DNA of 64,000 bases. Source: a virus. The notes beneath the pieces were generated by a model that worked only from the letters and a program-made list of their open reading frames with translations, was not told the DNA's origin and made no database searches. Below, piece by piece: positions 45,808 through 56,640 of the stretch. The first letter of the stretch is position 1. Each line of letters begins with the position of its first letter. The position numbers and the translations under genes were made by a program. The stretch covers positions 1 through 64,000 of IMG/VR virus record IMGVR_UViG_3300027749_000063; one strand, 5' to 3'.

Positions 45808-46203
45808 ATGAGCTCCTTTAACATGAAAGAAAAAGAATTATTCACAACAATTAAGCCTGAGATCTTTATCGGCCAATTGTTCCAGTCACGTGATATGATG
45901 CACTTGACTCACCTTCAAACTGTAAACTATGCAGAACACAAAGCATTAAACGCTTACTATGATGGTATCCTTGATCTTACTGACTCTCTTACCGAAACTT
46001 ACTTTGGTACAATCGGAAAACGTCTTAACATCAAGATCCCTGCATCAGAGTACATGAACTCTAGAACCCACTTAACTTACTTGAAAGATTATATTTTCAA
46101 GCACAGAGGAGTATTGGGTATGGAGAACACTCACATTCAAAACATTATTGATGAGATCCTTGGTCTTATTACTGAGACTCTTTACTTGTTGACACTATCT
46201 TAA
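45808..46203 (+). CDS. ferritin/Dps-like protein (DUF5856-like)
   Basis: HLTHLQT..YAEHKALNAYYD..D.L.E; IQNIIDEI...YLLTL. Confidence 0.75.
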   Translation: MSSFNMKEKELFTTIKPEIFIGQLFQSRDMMHLTHLQTVNYAEHKALNAYYDGILDLTDSLTETYFGTIGKRLNIKIPASEYMNSRTHLTYLKDYIFKHRGVLGMENTHIQNIIDEILGLITETLYLLTLS

Positions 46204-46214
46204 AATAAAAATAT

Positions 46215-46598
46215 ATGAATCGTTTAAAAGAAGCTTACGCTGGCTGCATGAATTGCGGAGGTAAGGTAAAAATGAAATCTGGAGGTAAATGGATCCAGTC
46301 TGCAATTAAAAATCCAGGATCTTTTACAAAGCAAGCACAAGCTGCAGGTATGTCTGTTACAGGATTCCGTAATAAAGTACTTAGCAATAAAGGTGCTTAC
46401 TCTTCTACTACTGTTAAGAGAGCTAACTTAGCTAAGACTCTTTCTAAGATGCGTAAAGGAGCAGCAGGTATGTCTGTATCTGAGTATGGAGGCATGGAAA
46501 AATATGCTTCTAAAAGTGCTATGAAAAAACACGAGTCAAAGGAAAGTAAAAAAACGGAGGCTAAAGAAGAATCTAAATTTATTAAAAGAAGAAAGTAA
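46215..46598 (+). CDS. basic putative core/internal protein
   Basis: K-rich; KWIQSAIKNPGSF motif. Confidence 0.6.
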   Translation: MNRLKEAYAGCMNCGGKVKMKSGGKWIQSAIKNPGSFTKQAQAAGMSVTGFRNKVLSNKGAYSSTTVKRANLAKTLSKMRKGAAGMSVSEYGGMEKYASKSAMKKHESKESKKTEAKEESKFIKRRK

Positions 46599-46876
46599 TG
46601 TTTGTCCCAGGGGTTAACGGTTCTATAATTGCAAATTCTAATGCACTTACAGGTTCAAGACTTAAGGGTGCGTACAAGAATTCTAAGAAATTTGCTAAAG
46701 GAGGTAAAGCCTCTGACGATAAACAAATGGTTAATGGAGTAGCAAGTATTCTACGTAGAGTAAAAGATCCTAAGAACAGATTGCAATTAGCTAATCAACT
46801 TTCAAAGCAATTCAATAGAGAAAAAGTAAAGTATGACTTAGCTTCTTTTTTAAATAAATCTAAAGTAAAGAAATGA
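46598..46876 (+). CDS. basic hypothetical protein
   Basis: 92 aa, overlapping both neighbours. Confidence 0.6.
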   Translation: MFVPGVNGSIIANSNALTGSRLKGAYKNSKKFAKGGKASDDKQMVNGVASILRRVKDPKNRLQLANQLSKQFNREKVKYDLASFLNKSKVKK

Positions 46877-47445
46877 AACAGATGATAAAACGCAAAGATG
46901 GATCTTATTCACAACGAGGTTTGTATGATAACATCCGTGCAAAGAGAGGTTCTGGAAAGAAGCCTACTCCAGAGATGCTTAAGCAAGAACGTAAGATTAA
47001 ACGTGAAATGGCTGATGGTGGTAAGATGCCTACAGCTGTTGCTAAAGCAAGATTCGTAGCAGCTAATAAAGGAAATGTATCTGAAGCTAGACAAGATGCT
47101 TCTAAGTACGGATACAAGTTTATGTCAGGAGGAAGACTTAAGATGGCTTACATGGCTAAAGGAGGAAACATTTCTCACACAACTAAAGGAGCAGGTGCTA
47201 ACTACCGTCCTACTAAGTCAGGAGCAGGTATGACTCAAAAAGGAGTTATGGCTTATCGTAGAGCTAACCCTGGATCTAAATTAAGTACAGCAGTAACAGG
47301 TAAAGTTAAAGCAGGTAGCAAAGCAGCTGGTCGTAGAAAATCTTATTGTGCTCGTTCATTAGGACAGTTACGTGGATCTAAACAATCTACACAGAATGAT
47401 CCTAACAGCAGAATACGTCAAGCACGTAGACGCTGGAAATGTTAA
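46873..47445 (+). CDS. basic protein with DUF6321-like C-terminal domain
   Basis: GAGMTQKG..AYRRANPGSKL...RRKSYCARS...DPNSR...RRWKC. Confidence 0.6.
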   Translation: MKQMIKRKDGSYSQRGLYDNIRAKRGSGKKPTPEMLKQERKIKREMADGGKMPTAVAKARFVAANKGNVSEARQDASKYGYKFMSGGRLKMAYMAKGGNISHTTKGAGANYRPTKSGAGMTQKGVMAYRRANPGSKLSTAVTGKVKAGSKAAGRRKSYCARSLGQLRGSKQSTQNDPNSRIRQARRRWKC

Positions 47446-47470
47446 ACTAAAATAAACTAAAACTAAATAC

Positions 47471-47623
47471 ATGGCAGCTAAAGCATCTAAATCAAATACA
47501 TCTTCATCTTCAAAGTTTACAGTTAAACCTAAAGTAAAAAGAAAGGGAGTTGTAGCAAAGACTAAGGCATCTAGGTCAAAGTCTAGCAAAAATTACATCA
47601 AGCGAAGTAAGGGTCAGGGTTAA
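47471..47623 (+). CDS. 50-aa very basic microprotein (not in the ORF track)
   Basis: MAAKASKSNTSSSSKFTVKPKVKRKGVVAKTKASRSKSSKNYIKRSKGQG. Confidence 0.65.
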   Translation: MAAKASKSNTSSSSKFTVKPKVKRKGVVAKTKASRSKSSKNYIKRSKGQG

Positions 47624-47634
47624 GAAATCAACCC

Positions 47635-47664
47635 TTGCTTTTTTATATTAATCTTGTATATTTG
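47635..47664 (+). promoter_or_regulatory. Bacteroidota-type promoter of the cargo/ejection genes
   Basis: TTG-N19-TATATTTG. Confidence 0.7.
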
Positions 47665-47727
47665 TATAACTAGCTTAAACTCAAGCAGTTATTAACCTTC
47701 TATGTTAATAACATAAATAATTAAAAC

Positions 47728-50142
47728 ATGTTAAGAAATCGTTTATTCAAGAAATTTGGCAATGGTGGGGTAGACGATATCCCTAAAAAAGGTATTAGTA
47801 CTTCTACTGCTACTCCTACTTCTCCTCAACCTGAAAAGATTACTAATGAAGGAGGACTTAACATTCCTACAGCAGAAGAACTTAATTCGATATTACAAAA
47901 GAATATTGCTCAACCTAACTCTGATGTATTTGGAAAGCCCTTTGCTCCTAAGGGCAGTTATAGGAGTTCTTTAATGCCTGAGGGTACAATTACCTCAGAA
48001 GGAACTACTTATGAGCCTGGAACATTTAACGATGCTTCTAAGACTCTTAATTTTCTTTATAGTAATACAGGTACTAAAGCAAATGAAGGTCAACCTAAGC
48101 CTGAAGACAATCAAGACAACCAAACAAGAGATGCAGTTTCTTTAGGACTTCTAGGATTAGATGCAGGACTTGCATACAATCAAGACCTAAAGAATGAACG
48201 TACTCTTAACGAATCAATTCAACAACGAAAGTCAAAGCCTCTTTATGATTATAACTATATGTATGGTCGTACATCAAGTGGAGGTACAGAATATCAACCT
48301 ACAATTAAAGCAGAAATGGGTGCACAAATAAAAAAACGTTATGCTTCTAATGGAGCAAATGATGTAGAAATTGAAGGTGGAGAATTTATCCAACTTCCAA
48401 ACTTTGAAACAGAAATGGCTACAGGCCCTTCTCACTCTAATGGGGGGATACCTACAAACCTTCCTGACCAAACTAAAGTATACTCTAACAATCTAAAGCC
48501 AGAAGGTTCTAAAAAGACCTTTGCTCAGATTGCTAAGAAGTACGATACTACTTCTTACAAGAAGACAATAGATAATCCTTTTGCTAAGCAGGTAGACAAA
48601 GACACTGCTAGCATTATGATGCAACGTAATCAAAAAATCCTTGATGATTTATTTAATGATCAACAGGCTCTTAATGGAAATTCTAACGGAGAGGTGGAAG
48701 CAAAGAATGGAGCAAGCATTAACAATGCAGGCTTCAGAGCACTTCCCCAAAATGTGCAAGATAAAATACTTGCAGAAATGCAGTATGGAGGATATGCTAA
48801 AAGAGAAGCTGCATCATTAGAGATGCAAGATGGAGGTACTGATATAAATGATATAACTAATCCTTACGAAAAAGGAAACTTTCCTCCTAAGTCAACATAT
48901 CCTTATGACCCAAAGAAGGCTGGTATGCCTGCATACACAGCAGACGAAACTACATTTTTAACAGGTATGGATTCTAGGTTGGCTCCTAGTCAAGAGATGG
49001 TTCCTGGAATACAACCAGGATCTGCTAGTGGTGTTTATGGAGATCAAGATAATATGGCTACGTTTAATAAGAACTATGATTGGTATCTTAAAGATCTAGC
49101 TGCTAAAGGAGAGACTTACGATCCTAAAAGAAAAGGAGATTCTTACAAAGCACAGGTTGCTTTTAATGAGGAGGCTTACAATAGATTTAGAAAACAAGGC
49201 TTAGGAGAAGAAGATGCACGTAAAAGAGTAAACGAGATTGGCTTTGATGTTAAGACAGGATTACAAAACTCGTTAGATGACAAGTTAGGAAAGTATACAG
49301 CAACACGTATACTACCTGATGGAACTCCTGTTACTCCTGTTACTCCAATAGGTACTTCAGGTATACCTCCAGGTACAACTCCAGAGAAAGGTAAAAGTAC
49401 GACTCCTAATACAGAACCTAATAAAGAACCTATAAAAGATCCTGTTACAGGTAGAACTTTTACAGGAGTAGGAGAACCTAATAAAGGAAAGTATATTCCA
49501 GGACAGTTTCCTTTGTATCAAGCTATTCCAGAAGCTATGGGACTTGCTCAATCACAAGAAATTTATCCTTATGCTATTCCTGAGATAGATGCGCCTTATC
49601 TTCGCCCTCAGACTTTAAACATTCAAAGTCAGTTACAAGATATAGATAGTATGGCAACAGCAAGTCAAAGAGCAGGAGGAGATCCCCTAACTACTTACAT
49701 AGCAGGACTAGATGCTAAGCAAAGAGCATTTGGAGCTAAGCAAAACTATGATGCAAATGCACGTGCTGCTGCAGATCAAGCTAATGCTTCTATGCAGTTT
49801 AATGCTGACCGAGTTAACATGAATGCTTTTGATCAAGTTTATAATACTCAAATAGCTAATGCAAGAGATGCTCAGTCTTACGAAAAGAATAAACAAGTCA
49901 ATAGTTTAGTTAATAAGAAAGCTCAGTTTACTCAAGAAGAAAATAAAAAATCTGCTTACATTAACAACTTAATTGAGAACTATGATGTTGATTCTAAAGG
50001 TAACTTTACTTTGAAGCCAGGTAAGAATCCAATTATAAACAATACACCTAGTAAAAACGTAGATGCTTCTACTACAGCTATTCCTCCAACCAAAGCTAAG
50101 ACTAAAGGTAAGAACGGAATGTATAAAAAATCTAAATATTAA
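47728..50142 (+). CDS. virion cargo/ejection protein
   Basis: VEIEGGEF...GPSHSNGGIP motif; position after the muzzle gene as in crAss-like phages. Confidence 0.65.
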   Translation: MLRNRLFKKFGNGGVDDIPKKGISTSTATPTSPQPEKITNEGGLNIPTAEELNSILQKNIAQPNSDVFGKPFAPKGSYRSSLMPEGTITSEGTTYEPGTFNDASKTLNFLYSNTGTKANEGQPKPEDNQDNQTRDAVSLGLLGLDAGLAYNQDLKNERTLNESIQQRKSKPLYDYNYMYGRTSSGGTEYQPTIKAEMGAQIKKRYASNGANDVEIEGGEFIQLPNFETEMATGPSHSNGGIPTNLPDQTKVYSNNLKPEGSKKTFAQIAKKYDTTSYKKTIDNPFAKQVDKDTASIMMQRNQKILDDLFNDQQALNGNSNGEVEAKNGASINNAGFRALPQNVQDKILAEMQYGGYAKREAASLEMQDGGTDINDITNPYEKGNFPPKSTYPYDPKKAGMPAYTADETTFLTGMDSRLAPSQEMVPGIQPGSASGVYGDQDNMATFNKNYDWYLKDLAAKGETYDPKRKGDSYKAQVAFNEEAYNRFRKQGLGEEDARKRVNEIGFDVKTGLQNSLDDKLGKYTATRILPDGTPVTPVTPIGTSGIPPGTTPEKGKSTTPNTEPNKEPIKDPVTGRTFTGVGEPNKGKYIPGQFPLYQAIPEAMGLAQSQEIYPYAIPEIDAPYLRPQTLNIQSQLQDIDSMATASQRAGGDPLTTYIAGLDAKQRAFGAKQNYDANARAAADQANASMQFNADRVNMNAFDQVYNTQIANARDAQSYEKNKQVNSLVNKKAQFTQEENKKSAYINNLIENYDVDSKGNFTLKPGKNPIINNTPSKNVDASTTAIPPTKAKTKGKNGMYKKSKY

Positions 50143-50145
50143 ACC

Positions 50146-51882
50146 ATGCCAATTTCAGCTAACCATAATAGATTTGCAGACTCCCAGTACATATCTGCTT
50201 TACCTGCAGATGATCTTATTAACCTAGCAGTTAAGAAGCAAGAAATGTACACTGAGGGACTTACTAAAGTTCAACAGAGTGTAGACGCTTACGGACAACT
50301 TAGAAACAATATCAAGACTGATGTAGAACGTGAGTACTTTGATAAGACAATGGACAATCTAGTAAAGACTATTAACAGTAGTGCTGGATTAGACTTTTCT
50401 ATGAAGGGTAATGTACAAGCAGTCCTAAACATAGGTAAGCCTTTAGAAAGAGATCAGTACATTACTACTGCTATTTCTAACGGGAATGAAATTACTCGTA
50501 GACAGGAAACTTTAGGTAAACTTAAATCCGATGAAAGAAGTGCTGCTAATGATGCTGATTACTTTGAGGATGTACAAGACTACATGAAGAGTGGTAAACT
50601 AGGATACAAACTAGGAAGTAAAGAATATACTCCTTACATTGATATCTCAAAAGAAATCAATGAGCGTATGAAGGGGGCTAAAGAAAATGGTACAGTAGAT
50701 ATTATGATGGATGGCAAGTACATCAAAACAGAATCTACAAAAGGTTTAACTGATCTTCAAGTTGGTGCTAAAATTAGAGCAGGACTAGGAGCTAAGGAAA
50801 ATAATCAACTTCGTATAGATGCAATGTATGACCTCAAACAAAGGGGAGTAGAACAGGGCCATGCTGAAGTAGTTGGTTATTATACTAATCTTAAACAAAC
50901 AAGTGAGGCTATCCTACTTCAAAGTCAAAATCAGTTAAAAGCAGCACAAGACGCTTACGCTAAAACTCCTACAGAAAGTGCAAGACTAGACCTTGAAGCT
51001 GTTAGAGGACCGTTAGAAGAAGCAAGAGTTCAAGTAGAAGTTGCTAATAAGAATTTAACTACAGTATCTGATCCAGCTAACTTTAACCCTAATCAATATG
51101 TTAGTTTGTTTACTGATAAATTTATTGCTAATCAAGCTAATGCCTATGCTTATAAACAAGTAGAAACAAAGATTCAAGCAGATCCTTATGGAGTACAAGC
51201 ATCAGCTTCTAACAATGCAATGAAGTTGGCTTCATACAATAGTCAATTACGTAGAGAAGAGTTTCAAGTAAAGTCAGATATCGTAGGAACTAAGTTACCT
51301 ACTGATGCTCGTGTGCTTTCTGGAAATGATAATCTTCAGTTAAACTTTAAACCTACTCAAGGTTTAAATGATTTAGCAAACTATTACAAAGAGACTGGTA
51401 TTACTATTGACGGAAAAGATAATGCAAGTACAGTAGGAAAAGAAGTTAGAGAAGCTAACTCTGCTTTTACTAGTGCGGATATAAAAACTCCTGAAGGACA
51501 AAAAGCAATACAAGATGCAGTTAATAAACTTAATACTTCTTATAAGATTACTGGTGATACAAACTTAAGAGACGTAGCTGCTAAGGCTGCTTCTGTATTA
51601 CAGGCTTATAAAACATATCAAACTAAAACAACAGGAGAAAAAAGTGTAACTAAGGATGGAGAGTTTGTAGAAGTCAACACAGGAAAACGTTCTATGCCTG
51701 CAGATGAATTCTTTAATCAACCATTTAATAGTCTGTTAGAAACATCTCAGACACAAGTGTATAGTCGCCCAAGGAGAAGTATGAATCAATTAGAACAGAT
51801 GATGCAAATGAAAATGTTAGATTCTGATAATAGTTCTACTACTACTACTACTCCAACTGATAACACTGATAATCCTGGTTAA
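50146..51882 (+). CDS. virion cargo/ejection protein
   Basis: 578 aa, helical; synteny. Confidence 0.6.
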   Translation: MPISANHNRFADSQYISALPADDLINLAVKKQEMYTEGLTKVQQSVDAYGQLRNNIKTDVEREYFDKTMDNLVKTINSSAGLDFSMKGNVQAVLNIGKPLERDQYITTAISNGNEITRRQETLGKLKSDERSAANDADYFEDVQDYMKSGKLGYKLGSKEYTPYIDISKEINERMKGAKENGTVDIMMDGKYIKTESTKGLTDLQVGAKIRAGLGAKENNQLRIDAMYDLKQRGVEQGHAEVVGYYTNLKQTSEAILLQSQNQLKAAQDAYAKTPTESARLDLEAVRGPLEEARVQVEVANKNLTTVSDPANFNPNQYVSLFTDKFIANQANAYAYKQVETKIQADPYGVQASASNNAMKLASYNSQLRREEFQVKSDIVGTKLPTDARVLSGNDNLQLNFKPTQGLNDLANYYKETGITIDGKDNASTVGKEVREANSAFTSADIKTPEGQKAIQDAVNKLNTSYKITGDTNLRDVAAKAASVLQAYKTYQTKTTGEKSVTKDGEFVEVNTGKRSMPADEFFNQPFNSLLETSQTQVYSRPRRSMNQLEQMMQMKMLDSDNSSTTTTTPTDNTDNPG

Positions 51883-51884
51883 TA

Positions 51885-54800
51885 ATGCCAAACGATCCTA
51901 AATACCCTACACTTGCTCCTAACGTAGGAAGATTTTCTTCCAAAACAGTAAAGTTAGGAAATACTGCCCAGTCTCAAGCTTTGGCAAACGAAGGAATTAT
52001 TGCTCAAAATAATTCTATCTTTCTTGCTCAACAAAAACAACAACAGGAAGCACTTAGAAGTAAAGCAGCTAACGATGCTAAGATTGATGGAGCATTGACA
52101 ACTGCAGCACAAATTAATTTAGAAAGCGTAGGATCACTTAGACCAGGAATGTTCTTTTCTCCTCCGTCTACTAAAGGAACAATGGGTCCTCAGTTGACTA
52201 CAGAGTATCAGTTAGTTAACCAAGAGAAAAATAGATCTAAACAAATTCTTACAGAAAGCTTTGGAGAGAAAGATCCTATCTCAGAAGAGTTAGATAAAAA
52301 ACTAGGTCAAGCAGAAGATGAATTAAATACTTTTACTTCTAGAAAACAACAAGGTTCTGCTATTACCAGTGTAGGAGCAGAAGCAGGAGGAGGAGCAGGA
52401 GGATTTTTACAAGACTTTATTGCAGAGAAGGCTTTAGGACAAGACACTAGTTTAAATAAAGAACAAGAATTAAAGAATACTATTGCTAATCTTAAACAGA
52501 GTCAAGCAACTATAAACTCTTTTAAATCCGATCTACAACTAAAGAAATTTACTACAGATTATCTTACTGAGTTAAAAGGACAAGGTAAGAAGTTTGGAGA
52601 ACAAGAAGCAGCAACTCTAATGCAGAAAGCAAAAGAGATTACAGCAAACCAAAGACATCTTACCAGAGGAGACGATTTGTATGATGACAACACATACAAT
52701 ACTTATATAAAAGACTTTCAGGGAAAGAATGATTTCTTTGACTGGAGACATACAGACATAAGTTTAGGTAATGCAATAAACTCTGTTTACAATCAAGTAA
52801 AATCTGCACAAGGTCCTGAGAGAGAAGAGTTGGTAGGAGTTCTTAACCAATTACAAGGTTATAGTAAAAGACATGAGGGTTCTAACAAAGACGCTTACGA
52901 TCATTACTACGGGGGATCAAAACAATACTACAAAGAAAATACTCCTTGGAAAACTTATTTAGGTAACCAAATTGGAGGGGGAGTTGGAGAAGGATTATAC
53001 AATGCTTTAGGTACAATAGTTAGTACTTCTCAAGATCTACTAGGATACCACTCTGCTGCATTTGCTTCTAGACAAGCTAAGGATAAATACTTTTCAGCTG
53101 ATATGCTTCAAGCGGACTTAGATGGAGATGGTAGGATTACAGAAAGAGATCAAGACATTAATGGTCAATATCAGTACATTGGAAAGAATGTTACTTATAT
53201 AAAAGCAGGAGATGGACCAGATAAAAAAGGAAAGGGTGATGTAGGTTTTATTGGGCAATCTGTTTTAGGAGCTTCTGTAAGAACTCTTGCAGAAATGGCA
53301 CCTACTTTATTACTTACTAGGGGTATGATGGCAGCAGGTGCTGGCATGCGAATAGCAACCTTTGCTCCAGTTGCTTTAACTTCTACTATTCGTTCTTATG
53401 AAGAGAATCGTAAGTGGTTCAAAGATAAAGGCACTGCAGCTTTAGTAAGTGGTATTCAAGGAATTATTGAAGGAGCAACTGAATCTATTGTTCCAGACAT
53501 TAGTTACTTTATGGGTAACAAGTCTTTAGGAACAAAAGCTTTAAACAATAGTAGTAGAAAATATTTTACAGCTCAAACTTTAGTTCCTGAGTTTACAACA
53601 CTTTCTAATGCGGGTAAAAACTTTCTTTTAGGAACAGTCTATGCAGGAAAAGCTTTAGGTAAACAAACTTTACAAGAAGGTGCTGAAGAAGAACTTTCGA
53701 TGTTTGCTAACTATATCTTAGATAAACAACTTGAAACAAAAGATGATCTTTATGGAAAGAGAGAACAGGAGTTAGATGATAGCAGTGTAGAAGGATTCTT
53801 TAAGTCAGTAGCAAAAACATTTGTTGAGTCTGCAGCTGCAGGATTACTTATGTCTGGTACTGCTATAGGAAGTTCTCGTACAGAAGATAGGAACTATATG
53901 CGATTTAACATTGCAAATAATCCTGACCAATTTAAAACAGAACTAAAAAGCCAACTAGAAGCAAAGAAGATTACACAAGATCAGTATAATAAAGGAATTT
54001 TGGAGACAGGTCGCTTAAGTCAATTACAAGAACAAGCGACAAGTACTATGATGAATCTAGTAGACTCAGAAAATCTATTAGAAGATCATGACAAACAATA
54101 CGAATACTTTTCTAAATTACTTACTAGAGATGATCTATTAACTAAAGTAGATTACAATGCTTTGTCTGAAACAGAAAAAGCAGAATACGTTAAGAAAGTA
54201 GAGACTGTAGAAAAAGAGATAGATAGCTTTGAAAATTCAGCAAGACAGTATGCAAACATGCCTAAAGAAGAGAAAGAAGGCATACTGGCTAAAATGTTTC
54301 AGAAGAATCTTGAAACTGTAAAGAACACAAACAATCCTGCAGTACTTGCAAAAAACTTAAAAGCCATTACAGATGCAATTGAAATAGGAGAGAAAACAGG
54401 TAAAGGTTCTCAAGTAGCAATCTCAGGAAGACAGCAAGTAAGAGAAGCTTTAGTAGGACAGATAGAAAGACTTCAAACTGTAGAGGATAATGGGAACACT
54501 GTATATGAGAATCAATTATTAAATACTCCTATAGAATCTGCTGGAGAGTCTATGCAGATAAGTAATGCTGTTAAGTTAGAAAACCTATTGACTGAGAATA
54601 AAAACTTAGTCAGCCCTGCAGTAAGACAACAGTTACTTGGTAAGATTGCTCAGGCTTCTAGTGTTGCAAGAGAAAGACTTAATAGCCTTTCTAAGAAAGA
54701 ACAGAAGAAAGTTATTGCTAGAGAATTAGCAAGAGTAGAATTAATATACCCTGGTACTGCTTTTAATAAAGAAAGATTAAAGACATTATTTGGTCAAGAC

Positions 54801-56597
54801 TTAACTCAAGAAGAACACTCAGAAGTAATACAGCAAGCTTCAGTTATAACTGCTAGAGAGAAGGAAACTCTTAAGGACGAAGACATATTACAACCTCAAG
54901 ACGAGGATATAACATTAAACTCTTTACTTAAATCTATTGAAGCTACTCCTGCAGAGATTCAAGTAGAGAATGAGATGGGTAATGTAGAAACAAAAAGAAA
55001 TGAAGAAAGAGTTACTAGGGAGCGTAGAGCTGTTATGTCTATTCCTAGAGCTAAATCTAAAGAACAAGCAAGAGGTAGAGTTAAAGCTATCTTTAAGGTA
55101 CTAGGTTATGATACTGAACAAATAAATAAAGCTTTAGAAGATCTTAACAAAGTATTTGATAATCAAGAAGTTACAAGTCCAGGTGAAATCTATGAAGGAT
55201 TTCTTCGCTTCCTTGACTCAAACTTATTACGTTCTTTACCTGATAGAGCTATTACAACTTCAGAAGATATATTAGCTGAAGAACCTATAGTAACAGAAAC
55301 AGTAACTCCTCCTATAGTAACTGAAACACAGACTTCTGTTGTATCTGAAGAGGATGCTTTATTTGGAACTAATGAAGAGATTGATGCTCGTAGAGGAGCA
55401 GCAGAAGTTGTTGTAGAAGGTCCTACAATAGATGCAGCAGACGAAGTGATAACTGAAACTCCTATTCCTGTAGTGGATCCATTAGATGGTTTAGAAGTAG
55501 TTGCTGCAAAGAGTATAGATTCCCCTAATCTAGTGGCAACTGTTCCTACAGTATTTACAAATAGTAATGCAGTAGTACAAAGTTCTATTATGAGAACGAT
55601 CAGTCAATCCTTAGAGTCTTTTAATCTAAAAGTAGTAGATATGTTCTCTTTTATAAGAGAGACTTTAGGAGAGTCAGCTATGCCTACCTTAGAGAACATC
55701 TATAATAATCTAACAGAGGCGCTTAAAACAAACGACACAGAAGCTATTGCTAGACTTAAAGAAGAGTACTTAGCTGTATTTAGTGGTAGTACATTTGCTA
55801 ATGAGCAGTTAGAATATATCTGGAAAGCACAATACGTAAACGGAAAACCTGATGCTTCCATTCCTTTCCAAGACTTAGCTTATGTTACCAATGGACAGTT
55901 TGCTACAGCATACCAAGGAGACGAAGTAATTGTTACTGCAGTAAAAAAAGAGACAGGAGAAGTGTTTACTTATAATGCAACTGTAACAGGCAAAGTAAAT
56001 GAATCAAACCAAATCGAAGTAAAGACTCGTAAGGGTAATATAGTTTATATTAAGAAGAGCAACCTCCAAACTATTGCTCCTAGAACAATAAGTGTAAGAG
56101 CAAACTTTAATCAAACTAACTCTATTATGATGACTGCAGTAGATAGAACTACTGGAGAGATTGCTAAGTTTAATTCTAACGGAAAAAGAGATGCTCAAGG
56201 AGATACACAGTTAAATACATTTGTTCCTAGAGAGAATGACGCTATGAAAGAAGTAAGAAAAAGTCTTGCTTCAGGTCAACCTGTTGCTCACACTCTTCCT
56301 ATACATGCAGGAGCAAGAATCAATAGTGCTTTTGCTTATGAAAAGGGAAAGACTTCTGTTTACTTAACAGCTTCAGTTACAGGAATTAACACTGACATAC
56401 AAACAGTAGCACCTGTAGAATTAGATGTAGTATCTGAAGAAATAGTAGAACCACAAGTAACTTCTACCTTAAGTAAAGACGAATTAGACATTCTTTCTTT
56501 TGATACTAGTCAGATAGACAACCTAGAGATTTCTGAAAATCCTATAAATCAAAGTGATGCGAAAGAGATAGAGGATGCAGCAAGCTGTAAACTATAA
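51885..56597 (+). CDS. large ejection protein with membrane-interacting segments
   Basis: 1570 aa; Gly/Ala hydrophobic helices, EGAEEE motif; precedes the RNAP. Confidence 0.65.
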   Translation: MPNDPKYPTLAPNVGRFSSKTVKLGNTAQSQALANEGIIAQNNSIFLAQQKQQQEALRSKAANDAKIDGALTTAAQINLESVGSLRPGMFFSPPSTKGTMGPQLTTEYQLVNQEKNRSKQILTESFGEKDPISEELDKKLGQAEDELNTFTSRKQQGSAITSVGAEAGGGAGGFLQDFIAEKALGQDTSLNKEQELKNTIANLKQSQATINSFKSDLQLKKFTTDYLTELKGQGKKFGEQEAATLMQKAKEITANQRHLTRGDDLYDDNTYNTYIKDFQGKNDFFDWRHTDISLGNAINSVYNQVKSAQGPEREELVGVLNQLQGYSKRHEGSNKDAYDHYYGGSKQYYKENTPWKTYLGNQIGGGVGEGLYNALGTIVSTSQDLLGYHSAAFASRQAKDKYFSADMLQADLDGDGRITERDQDINGQYQYIGKNVTYIKAGDGPDKKGKGDVGFIGQSVLGASVRTLAEMAPTLLLTRGMMAAGAGMRIATFAPVALTSTIRSYEENRKWFKDKGTAALVSGIQGIIEGATESIVPDISYFMGNKSLGTKALNNSSRKYFTAQTLVPEFTTLSNAGKNFLLGTVYAGKALGKQTLQEGAEEELSMFANYILDKQLETKDDLYGKREQELDDSSVEGFFKSVAKTFVESAAAGLLMSGTAIGSSRTEDRNYMRFNIANNPDQFKTELKSQLEAKKITQDQYNKGILETGRLSQLQEQATSTMMNLVDSENLLEDHDKQYEYFSKLLTRDDLLTKVDYNALSETEKAEYVKKVETVEKEIDSFENSARQYANMPKEEKEGILAKMFQKNLETVKNTNNPAVLAKNLKAITDAIEIGEKTGKGSQVAISGRQQVREALVGQIERLQTVEDNGNTVYENQLLNTPIESAGESMQISNAVKLENLLTENKNLVSPAVRQQLLGKIAQASSVARERLNSLSKKEQKKVIARELARVELIYPGTAFNKERLKTLFGQDLTQEEHSEVIQQASVITAREKETLKDEDILQPQDEDITLNSLLKSIEATPAEIQVENEMGNVETKRNEERVTRERRAVMSIPRAKSKEQARGRVKAIFKVLGYDTEQINKALEDLNKVFDNQEVTSPGEIYEGFLRFLDSNLLRSLPDRAITTSEDILAEEPIVTETVTPPIVTETQTSVVSEEDALFGTNEEIDARRGAAEVVVEGPTIDAADEVITETPIPVVDPLDGLEVVAAKSIDSPNLVATVPTVFTNSNAVVQSSIMRTISQSLESFNLKVVDMFSFIRETLGESAMPTLENIYNNLTEALKTNDTEAIARLKEEYLAVFSGSTFANEQLEYIWKAQYVNGKPDASIPFQDLAYVTNGQFATAYQGDEVIVTAVKKETGEVFTYNATVTGKVNESNQIEVKTRKGNIVYIKKSNLQTIAPRTISVRANFNQTNSIMMTAVDRTTGEIAKFNSNGKRDAQGDTQLNTFVPRENDAMKEVRKSLASGQPVAHTLPIHAGARINSAFAYEKGKTSVYLTASVTGINTDIQTVAPVELDVVSEEIVEPQVTSTLSKDELDILSFDTSQIDNLEISENPINQSDAKEIEDAASCKL

Positions 56598-56640
56598 TAA
56601 TTAAGTTTTAAAAGTATCAAACTAAAGTATATTTGTAAAG

